A DNA stretch of 37,836 bases, from positions 62,001 through 99,836 of the IMG/VR virus record IMGVR_UViG_3300044611_002008. One strand, written 5' to 3'. Position numbers and translations under genes: made by a program. Source of the stretch: an uncultured virus (IMG/VR IMGVR_UViG_3300044611_002008) (taxonomy: Duplodnaviria; Heunggongvirae; Uroviricota; Caudoviricetes). The notes below the pieces were generated by a model. That model was not told the origin of the DNA. It searched no databases and worked only from the letters and a program-made list of their open reading frames with translations. Positions 10,863 through 19,482 of this stretch are shown piece after piece. Position 1 is the stretch's first letter. Every line of letters begins with the position of its first letter.

Positions 10863-11507
10863 ATGTCAACTACCGAACCTGGGTCAGAACTTATTTCTCA
10901 ACCCACTCCAACTCCAACAATTACTCCAACGGCTACTAATAAGCCGTGTATCAAGCCACCCAGAATATCATTTGATAATGGTAGTAAAACATCATTGACT
11001 GGAACAGAATGCTGCTGCCCGGACAGCATCATATTGAAGTGCGAGCATCTTCATCCTGGGAAAAAATATACAGCTAAAATCGTTAGCATGGGTCCAGCAA
11101 AATCTAGAATATTTCCCAATTCCATATCCTTTGTAGCCTCACAAAGAACTCAGGAGTTAGAGTTTTTTAGTCAATTTGTATGCGATGATAATAACATCAG
11201 ACCTCTTAAAAATGCTGCATATATTTTACAAATTAATAATGCTAATAATTTAGATATGTCAAGACTCGATATCGGATTATTAGATGTTAAGTATGGAAAT
11301 ACCACTATCGGCAGTAATAAATATAATTTATTTATAGATACAAATAGTCGTAAGATATTTGTGGAATTTGATAATGCTTTAATTCCGTCATCCACAAACC
11401 CTATTACTTTTATGCTTTCTATAGATGGAGATGGTATTGTTGTATTGCCTAGAAATATTATTTTGGACACTGTTGGTATAGTACAAGAGTCTATTGCTTT
11501 GTCTTAA
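10863..11507 (+). CDS. Putative virion protein: PT stretch, C-terminally incomplete module, then a domain paralogous to the middle of the 6905 protein
   Basis: Start moved from GTG 10812 to ATG 10863 (TAGGA upstream); PRISFD...ECCC...EHLHPGKKY...FPNSISFVAS. Confidence 0.8.
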   Translation: MSTTEPGSELISQPTPTPTITPTATNKPCIKPPRISFDNGSKTSLTGTECCCPDSIILKCEHLHPGKKYTAKIVSMGPAKSRIFPNSISFVASQRTQELEFFSQFVCDDNNIRPLKNAAYILQINNANNLDMSRLDIGLLDVKYGNTTIGSNKYNLFIDTNSRKIFVEFDNALIPSSTNPITFMLSIDGDGIVVLPRNIILDTVGIVQESIALS

Positions 11508-11609
11508 CTATATCATATAATGATTAATAAAAAAAGAATATGATACTACAGGAGTATCTTTAATTATATATAATTTGTAATATTGCAAATAATATAACAG
11601 GATAATAAT

Positions 11610-13511
11610 ATGCCGCCATTCTTCCCTCCTCCGCCCAATCCACCAGGAACATCGACTAAATCTTCTGTTGCTATACTATATAACGGCTCGGGACTACACA
11701 GTATAGTGGGACCAACGCCTTTTATGTCTATAGATAGAACTATTAATAGGGACAATGCTGGTGTGCCAACTAGCATGATTACTTCTATCAATCTCGATGG
11801 GAAAATCGTTAAAACCACAGGGTCTCAGTCTGGTATATCGGCTGTTTATAAAGCCATAAATGATCTTAAAGATCTTTTTACTAAATGCGAGCAAGGGGTT
11901 TTGGAGGTCCAGTGCAATGGTACGAACCTAGCTGAGTTTTCAGGGGTTAGAGTTTCAAATTTTAAGGCAGATAAATCAAGCGACAATTGGGTATTTACAG
12001 CAGATTATTCTATAGGCTTAGAAATAGTAGAATCTGCTATTAGCGGAGAGCCACCGGTATCGAACACTTCTGATAGTTGGTCTATAGAGCCTATAGAGGA
12101 TTATATCTATATGACCTGGGATTCCGGAGTACAAAAGAAGCCAGAAGGATCCGAAAATACTAGGATAGGCTCTTTAGGCGGTAGTAATTTTAAATTTACT
12201 AATATGCCCCAGTATAGAGTTTCGCATAGGGTGTCCGCTGCTGGCCTACAATCGTCTGGTAATTCTTCAAGCAGCACTCCTGGTAACAATAATACTTCTT
12301 GTCCTGCTGGTAAAGCAGGTGAGATGAGTAAGGCCTATTTGAATGCTAAAAAGTGGGTGGAACAAAGACTGGCCTGGCCTTTTCAAGGTAGCGGGGCCTA
12401 TATTGCTGGCGGAGGCGCTGGTGGCGGGTCTACTACATTACCTTTTGGTTCTTCGATATCTCTCTTCAACCATGTTAGATCTATTAATTTTAGTCTCACA
12501 GAAGGTTCTTATGAGGTTAATGATAATTGGCTAGCTTTTAATAGTGGGGTGCGATATATAGAAGATTTTTCGATAGAGTCGTCTACTAGTGATAATTATA
12601 CGACTACCGTTAGGGTTCAGGGTACAGTTAGGGGTCTAGAAACAGAAACCACTGGGATATTACGTACTGGCTTAGCTCCTGATAATAGTGGTTTAATAGG
12701 ATTAGACTTCGCTAAGGAAACCGCTAATGGTCCACTAACGAGCTCAGGAGGATCAACTAGTTCTCCTTCGTCAGCTACTCCGCCCGCAACAACGGGAAAT
12801 ATAAAGGCATTCAAATACCAAAATGCCCTAGACGGATGGCTTGATGATATTAAGCCAACTCTTTACACAAGGGCCTGCTCTATAGTCAACAGCAGAGAGA
12901 GAACACAGACTTATGTAAACCCTGCTGCCTCCAACCCTCCTGTGGCACCAATCAACCCCATTTTTGCTAAACAAACTTTGCTTAATGTTATTCCGGTATC
13001 CACCACAGAAGGACATAGTTTATTAAATGGTACCATTTCTTACTCTTATGAGTTTAATAATAAGCAAAATGCTATCAGCGGGACTTTGTCGCAAAATATC
13101 TCTATTACCGATGATGGACCAGCTGATGTAATAGCAGAGACTTTCGTTGTTGGCAGACAATTAGGTCCAATCATACAGAAGATGGGGAAATCTTCTGCTA
13201 GAAAAAGCGTTAGTGTGGAAGTGGTGGTCGTACCACCTTCTAGTATAAGTGAGTTTTTACAAGTTAACTCAAGTTGTCCCTTATATACTGGTGGCTATAT
13301 ATATCAGACTATCGATACTATTATAAGCGGTTTACAGCCTTTCGGGGCGCAGGTTACTCCCATATGGCCCCAAAGCAGAGGAGCAATACCGGGGAATGTT
13401 TTTTTGAATAGCGATAATAGAACTTGGAATCCTACAGAAGGAAGATATAGCAGGAGCGTTTCCTGGACATATCAAACGTGTCAAGCCACAGATAACTGGA
13501 TGAATCATTAA
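11610..13511 (+). CDS. Hypothetical virion structural protein (possible distal tail/tail-tube-fold protein)
   Basis: 633 aa, AGGA RBS, alternating beta-strand pattern, directly upstream of a hub-like giant gene; function inferred from context only. Confidence 0.6.
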   Translation: MPPFFPPPPNPPGTSTKSSVAILYNGSGLHSIVGPTPFMSIDRTINRDNAGVPTSMITSINLDGKIVKTTGSQSGISAVYKAINDLKDLFTKCEQGVLEVQCNGTNLAEFSGVRVSNFKADKSSDNWVFTADYSIGLEIVESAISGEPPVSNTSDSWSIEPIEDYIYMTWDSGVQKKPEGSENTRIGSLGGSNFKFTNMPQYRVSHRVSAAGLQSSGNSSSSTPGNNNTSCPAGKAGEMSKAYLNAKKWVEQRLAWPFQGSGAYIAGGGAGGGSTTLPFGSSISLFNHVRSINFSLTEGSYEVNDNWLAFNSGVRYIEDFSIESSTSDNYTTTVRVQGTVRGLETETTGILRTGLAPDNSGLIGLDFAKETANGPLTSSGGSTSSPSSATPPATTGNIKAFKYQNALDGWLDDIKPTLYTRACSIVNSRERTQTYVNPAASNPPVAPINPIFAKQTLLNVIPVSTTEGHSLLNGTISYSYEFNNKQNAISGTLSQNISITDDGPADVIAETFVVGRQLGPIIQKMGKSSARKSVSVEVVVVPPSSISEFLQVNSSCPLYTGGYIYQTIDTIISGLQPFGAQVTPIWPQSRGAIPGNVFLNSDNRTWNPTEGRYSRSVSWTYQTCQATDNWMNH

Positions 13512-13516
13512 AAATT

Positions 13517-16500
13517 ATGCTATCAGTACCATGTTCAACAGAGGGTCCGCAGCCCAAGCCAATAGCTCAAACACTGTTTTTAGGAGCAAGTGTTAGTAGT
13601 TTTAATGCTAATATGGGTTGGGGCGGTCAGCCATCTACGGTTTCGATTACTCTAGTGGAAGACAAGGGGTGTGAAGGAATACCTCAAATAACATCGACCA
13701 CTAGTTACGAACCCAATCATTATTATACCTGCACCGGCGACAACTGCTATATTGATGAAAGAGGTAATGCTTTTAACGCTTATAGTACTCCAAAGCCAAA
13801 AGAAAAATTGATTCCTGGAAAAGTTTACTATAAATTCGACGAGCAGCATGGTTTTGCGTCGGAGTACCTTAGAACAGGAGATCCCGGTTTTTTTGGAACC
13901 GCTACCACTTTAGGGGCTGCTGGCGATCCGCCCGTACCAGTTAGTTATGATATAATAGGTACGCCTGTTTATTTTAAGATGCAGGATTTTGCATTTGCGG
14001 GTCTGGTTCAATCATGGGAACGAGAGGTTAGTAGCGGAGGCGCGACTTATAGAGTGTCTATAGAAGGACCAGATAATATACTAAATAATAGTTGGATTAT
14101 TATAGGAGATTATTCTGGTGCAGTATTTACAAAAGCTCAAAGCTCCACTGTTCTATACGGAGGACCAGTAAATTCATCAACTAATGATATGTCGGGCCTA
14201 GGTACTTTGAGCCAAGGGGCCATACCAAACGTTTTTAATGTGTACGGCTTTTTAGAATCTTGTGGAGTAGATAACTTCGGAGCTGCTAAAATTAATGATA
14301 ATGGATTGAAAGCTAAAGATATCAAAGACGCTTTGTTGGTATTAACATCATCGTATCGCAGTGATGACGGGCTCGATCAACTGGATCAATTGAATAAAAA
14401 TAGATTTTCTCCATTTGGCAGAATACTGGTGAAGTCGATACAAAAAGAATCTGATCTTTCAAGAATATCGACGATAAATAGTTACGGGGTTATACCTCCG
14501 TTCCCGGACCGTAATGGACAATTGAGATGTCAATGTGTTTTAGATTTAGATGAACTTCCAGATGTGCCAGATGATTTTAGGATTTCTGGATCGGTAATTA
14601 GTATTATGGATTTTGTTCGACAGATTACCGATGAGGCAGGATATGATTTTTATTGGGAAATGATTCCGATAATGGCATTTGATAATAGTACACAGGTTAT
14701 TAGTGTTATTAAGCTGCATACAGTATCTAGAAGATTTCAGCCGGCGACACATATGATTAAAGATACCATAGCCGCCTATGAGGCCAATGGTATACCCATA
14801 TCAACTGGTAGTCTCGGAAAAGAAAATAATCCCAGTAATATTAGAAGCTTATTATTTGGTCCACCGATACAAAGACTATATCAGACCAAGAGCTATAGAT
14901 TAGCATACACACAATCTAATTATATATTCGATAGTGTGTTAAATCAGTTCGTTAACTATCATGCTTTACCAGGTAACCTTTTAGGTAAAATAAGATTTCC
15001 AACAGGATATTCTCAAAGAAATCCATATGTTTCTGAAACAATGAATGGCTCAGAAAATCATAGTTTATTAAATATGTCTGAGGAGATTAGGCCAACCGGT
15101 CAAAGATTTAATAGCGACGATACTGCATACGATGACCCTTGGGGTAGTACAAATACTATTAAGCACGGTAATTATGGTCCAACAGAGAATATCAATCCGT
15201 CGCCAGCGGGATCGCAGACCAGACCGGCTAGATTCATACCGCTATATGAAGATGTAATTTGTCCATTTTTTGGATATCAAAACGAAGAAAATATTGAGAT
15301 GTCAACGGGATCGGATAGTAATGTATTTCGTAGAATTAGGCCAGTATGGTTTGATACGTGGACCGGTCAGATTATTGTGGCTATGTATGTTTCCGAACTA
15401 CCTATTACTAGTGTGCCTCTACGATCTTTGTTTACCGCAGGATCTTTTTTTTCCATAGGAGAATCAGAGATTCGCGCTGCTATGTCAGGACCCGAAGCTT
15501 ATCTTATATACTGTTTAGAAAAAATCTTTAAACCAGATTTATTCTTAATGCTCTTAGCGGCGTATAAAACAGCTGGTAGTCCTATTTCGGAAACTTTTGG
15601 ATCATGGCAACAACAGGCTAATGCTGCTGGATCTACTGGCATACCCGATGAACCTCGTCCTGATCAACCGGATTTAGCGGGCTCTAGCTTTGATGTATTT
15701 TTACATCCTAATTTTTTAAGAGATTTTGATATCTTGACTAGTTTTGTAGCTAATCTTGGACAAAAATATTATGGTAAAAAATATATGGTTAGAATGCCGG
15801 GGGTCAGAGCTTATAAAGATCAGCAGTATTTTGATATAACTGCTCCGGCCAACTCTTCCCCATTTTTTGTATACCAAGGTAGCGGCAAGATTTTCTATAA
15901 TTACGAACCGTGTTCTGAAGCATGGGAAGAGCCTCAAAATTATATAGACGATACTATTGCGGTTGGTTCATCGGATTATTTTACTTTGGCTAATGATAAT
16001 GCTTGTATTCCTCCTATTGTGGGGTATAATGCTTCTGACAATTTTGATAGAACACGATTCTTTTTGAGCACTTTACCGAATATCAATGCCTTCATAGGTG
16101 CTTTGGGTAGAAATGCCGGAGATAAGGACGGCAAATTGCATCAGGATCTTTTGGTTCAGTGGCAGGCTGCCAAGGCAGGCGGAATAAATCGACCATTAAG
16201 CGACTTTACGCTTCCTAGTTTAGATATTTCCAGCCTGTCTGCTTCGGAATACATAGTGAAACCAGTGGCTGCTCATCCCGACGCGTTTGGCAATACGTTG
16301 CCAGAAGCAGTATGTAAAAAACTCTATGTTAAAACAACCTCAGAAGAGGGTTTTGCGTTTTTATATCCTGAAACCATGAGAGGGCCGAGAGTAATAATAG
16401 ACGCTCCTGGTATTCAGTTAGCATCTAGCAGCTTATCTTATGAAACAGATCCATCGTCTACAATAATAGCAAATGTGTCAATTGAAGACCTAGGCATATA

Positions 16501-19480
16501 TTACAAGGCGACACAAGAAAATGGTGGGACTATAGACGTCCCCTTTGTAAAATATATGCTAAGTTATTGTGCCCCAATATTTAACGGAGCTTTTTTAAGA
16601 GGCAATCCTCATAATATATCATCTCTTTATCCTTCCTTACAGCCAAAGGCTGCTCATCCCTTTTTTGCGGCTATACCTGTTAAATCCAAGATTTTTTCCT
16701 ATGGACCATGGACGAATTATCCTTATTTGATAAGAGAAGAAATTTTTCCAACACATAATGTGTCAGCCGCGTCCAATGGGGTAGAAAACCTAATCGGAGG
16801 AGTCAAAGTAGAATATGATCAGGATTTAGCGCCATGGAATTATGGCAATATGTCTTTGTTAGATAGGGTAGCTGTCAAAAAAATACAAGCCATGGCTAAT
16901 TATCAGCCAGTAGGAGAAATGGGCAGTATACAAACTCCTGGTTTACCGATATTCGGTATTGGATCAAGGTTTATCAGCAGGACCGCTCAAACTTATGGTA
17001 GTCTTCCAACGAGCCAGACTATTCATAATAATGTTCTATATACTAGATCGTCTAGTAGTACCGCAGTATATACTGATGAAAAAGCATCAGGATCACCGTT
17101 ACCGGAAATCGTATCTAGAATGTTTGGTGGTAATATAGTAAATCCTCCAAATCCAACAACACAAACCTCCTTAACTTATAATTTATTGACTTTGACGGCG
17201 CCGGACGAACAATTAGCCCCCATCATCACTAGTATTAGTATTAGTTTTGGTAGAGACATCACCACAACATATGGATTTAGAACACATACTAGAAAACTGG
17301 CTCTTTTTAACAAAGCTGATACTGACAGAACCAAAGAGTTCGCTCTACAAAATATAAAAAGAAATAAACAAATAGCTAATACATATAATAGCTCATTAAA
17401 AACCATTAATGAACAAAAAGATAATATACGTAAAGGCATAGGGTCTGGTAAAGGATATGCTAATCAAGCTAATTTGTCTCAAAAGCGCAAAAAGTTTTAT
17501 GATTGGAGTCCCAGCGTATTATTTATAGGAGGCAGCGTTCCTTTTATACATAATCAGTTTATACGAGAAATACAAGAATCATCTAATGAAACAGCATCCG
17601 ATGCTAGGCAGAATGATGAGAATAAACCGGGTAAACCAACGGTTCCAGAAAACGGTATCTCTTTGAGATACGGCGCTGATCCAGGTGACGATGCCACAAA
17701 AGCAGCTAAATTTAATGATGACGCAAAAACAATAGCCACTCTTTATGAAACACATAGACGTAAAACTTTTGTGGGAACATATACTCCCGCGGACGCCAAA
17801 ACAGAGTTGGGCCATGAATATGCGTCCAAATCTGTGATGAGCGTAGATGGTTTGTTTTCTCCAGTTTCTTTCTATCCTACTTGGGCCGGGTCAACATCCC
17901 ATATGTCTGTTTACAATCCGGAACAGTGTCCTTTCTGTAACGGGGATCAAAAGTTAAATGTTAACATTTATAATTATAAAACCAGAGAATCCTCACAGGC
18001 CAATTTCAAATGCCAACATTGTGGCGTTCAGTCCGTACCCAAAGGTAGCTCAAAAACACAGCTTAAAAAATCTGCGGAGTCTTTACCTCCGTATATTGTT
18101 GCTAGTGGAACAGATATTTCTTCGCTATTATCTTTGAATGAGTCCTCATCAACAACACAATCGTCTAGTGATAGCGATTCATCTAGCTCGTCAGGTTCGG
18201 AAGAGGGTGTGGAAATACCTATTAATCTTTTTAGCTTACAGCCTATTGTGGTTCCATACGGTCTTTTCCGTAATCCTAATGCTTCCGTAGAATCTAGATG
18301 TAGACACAGTATTCAGGTGGTGGGTAGAGGCGCTGAACCACCCAAAAATGATATGGGTTTTAATATTAATAGTAATTTAGGAGACTATTATTTAACTAAT
18401 GGAAATAAGCAAAAGCCGAACGAGCAGGGTCAGGGACACAATATAGATTTTTATGAGTATGACATAGCTGGTAATCCCAACAGACTAATGAATCATAGAT
18501 TTTTTGGTTTACGTGGACCTATAACTTTGCATGGCTGGGGATACGATACGGAAGGCTATCCGGTACCCAATGCTGCTGATGAGCCCGTTGAATTTGATTC
18601 TAATGGACGGCCCAAGAGATTCTTGGTCACAATTACGAGAACCGCTAAAACTTATGCTCAGCTAGAAGAAGGTGATGTATTTGAGTTTCCGGTTGATAAT
18701 ACAGCAAATAAATATATAAAAAGATCTAAGCCTATAGTTGTTAATGATAATGGTGCTTTTAGAGAAATTACAGACGAAGATAATGTCACGCTATATGAAA
18801 CAGAAAACGATCCCGATAATCCTGGATTATTTGAGGCCGGTGCCAATCAGACCCTGGGAGACATTATAGGCATCGGATGGTCTGTGGAAAACGGAAAATG
18901 GATCAAGAAAAAAAGCAACAAGTTTTATAAAGACTGGGCCGAAAGATCCGATCTATGGCCTGTTGGACCGATAGATTTGAGATGGGATGAAAATCGTAGA
19001 GTTTGGAGTGTTTCTACATCCGATGTGAGTACAACTTATAAATTTGTTTATGTTACTCTAGAAGAAGATCTAATAAAAGACGATTATACCGATACTACTT
19101 ATGTGGCAAGAGCATTCTTAGACGATGTAGAATATTCCGCAGAGCCATTACAGCAAAACTATAGAAGATTAGTATTTGTTCAAGACAAAGCGGGTTATAC
19201 CGCCCCAAGAGGAGCCAAGCTACTATGTCGTTATGATTCCAATACGGGATTTTATGAGCCGATTACTAAGCCGTCTTATATTGTTTACGGTATTATTAAT
19301 AGTGGAAATCAAGCCACCCTTGAAATGAGTTATGTACAAGGAAAACGCAGAGGAGAAAATAATCCTACAATGTTGACCAATTTTGACAATCCATTTGGAT
19401 TTAGAACAATTGTGGGCAATAAGGGTATGTTTAATTTTACGGCCGGAAGATGGATACTGAGCGCCACTAAGGAGTCTTAG
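13517..19480 (+). CDS. Very large putative baseplate hub/tail-tip protein with an internal zinc ribbon
   Basis: 1987 aa; N-terminal pattern (STVSITLVED...IGTPVYF...FAGLVQSW...YRVSIEGPDNIL) resembles hub/Tal N-terminal barrels; CPFC...CQHC at 17927-18022. Confidence 0.6.
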   Translation: MLSVPCSTEGPQPKPIAQTLFLGASVSSFNANMGWGGQPSTVSITLVEDKGCEGIPQITSTTSYEPNHYYTCTGDNCYIDERGNAFNAYSTPKPKEKLIPGKVYYKFDEQHGFASEYLRTGDPGFFGTATTLGAAGDPPVPVSYDIIGTPVYFKMQDFAFAGLVQSWEREVSSGGATYRVSIEGPDNILNNSWIIIGDYSGAVFTKAQSSTVLYGGPVNSSTNDMSGLGTLSQGAIPNVFNVYGFLESCGVDNFGAAKINDNGLKAKDIKDALLVLTSSYRSDDGLDQLDQLNKNRFSPFGRILVKSIQKESDLSRISTINSYGVIPPFPDRNGQLRCQCVLDLDELPDVPDDFRISGSVISIMDFVRQITDEAGYDFYWEMIPIMAFDNSTQVISVIKLHTVSRRFQPATHMIKDTIAAYEANGIPISTGSLGKENNPSNIRSLLFGPPIQRLYQTKSYRLAYTQSNYIFDSVLNQFVNYHALPGNLLGKIRFPTGYSQRNPYVSETMNGSENHSLLNMSEEIRPTGQRFNSDDTAYDDPWGSTNTIKHGNYGPTENINPSPAGSQTRPARFIPLYEDVICPFFGYQNEENIEMSTGSDSNVFRRIRPVWFDTWTGQIIVAMYVSELPITSVPLRSLFTAGSFFSIGESEIRAAMSGPEAYLIYCLEKIFKPDLFLMLLAAYKTAGSPISETFGSWQQQANAAGSTGIPDEPRPDQPDLAGSSFDVFLHPNFLRDFDILTSFVANLGQKYYGKKYMVRMPGVRAYKDQQYFDITAPANSSPFFVYQGSGKIFYNYEPCSEAWEEPQNYIDDTIAVGSSDYFTLANDNACIPPIVGYNASDNFDRTRFFLSTLPNINAFIGALGRNAGDKDGKLHQDLLVQWQAAKAGGINRPLSDFTLPSLDISSLSASEYIVKPVAAHPDAFGNTLPEAVCKKLYVKTTSEEGFAFLYPETMRGPRVIIDAPGIQLASSSLSYETDPSSTIIANVSIEDLGIYYKATQENGGTIDVPFVKYMLSYCAPIFNGAFLRGNPHNISSLYPSLQPKAAHPFFAAIPVKSKIFSYGPWTNYPYLIREEIFPTHNVSAASNGVENLIGGVKVEYDQDLAPWNYGNMSLLDRVAVKKIQAMANYQPVGEMGSIQTPGLPIFGIGSRFISRTAQTYGSLPTSQTIHNNVLYTRSSSSTAVYTDEKASGSPLPEIVSRMFGGNIVNPPNPTTQTSLTYNLLTLTAPDEQLAPIITSISISFGRDITTTYGFRTHTRKLALFNKADTDRTKEFALQNIKRNKQIANTYNSSLKTINEQKDNIRKGIGSGKGYANQANLSQKRKKFYDWSPSVLFIGGSVPFIHNQFIREIQESSNETASDARQNDENKPGKPTVPENGISLRYGADPGDDATKAAKFNDDAKTIATLYETHRRKTFVGTYTPADAKTELGHEYASKSVMSVDGLFSPVSFYPTWAGSTSHMSVYNPEQCPFCNGDQKLNVNIYNYKTRESSQANFKCQHCGVQSVPKGSSKTQLKKSAESLPPYIVASGTDISSLLSLNESSSTTQSSSDSDSSSSSGSEEGVEIPINLFSLQPIVVPYGLFRNPNASVESRCRHSIQVVGRGAEPPKNDMGFNINSNLGDYYLTNGNKQKPNEQGQGHNIDFYEYDIAGNPNRLMNHRFFGLRGPITLHGWGYDTEGYPVPNAADEPVEFDSNGRPKRFLVTITRTAKTYAQLEEGDVFEFPVDNTANKYIKRSKPIVVNDNGAFREITDEDNVTLYETENDPDNPGLFEAGANQTLGDIIGIGWSVENGKWIKKKSNKFYKDWAERSDLWPVGPIDLRWDENRRVWSVSTSDVSTTYKFVYVTLEEDLIKDDYTDTTYVARAFLDDVEYSAEPLQQNYRRLVFVQDKAGYTAPRGAKLLCRYDSNTGFYEPITKPSYIVYGIINSGNQATLEMSYVQGKRRGENNPTMLTNFDNPFGFRTIVGNKGMFNFTAGRWILSATKES

Positions 19481-19482
19481 TT

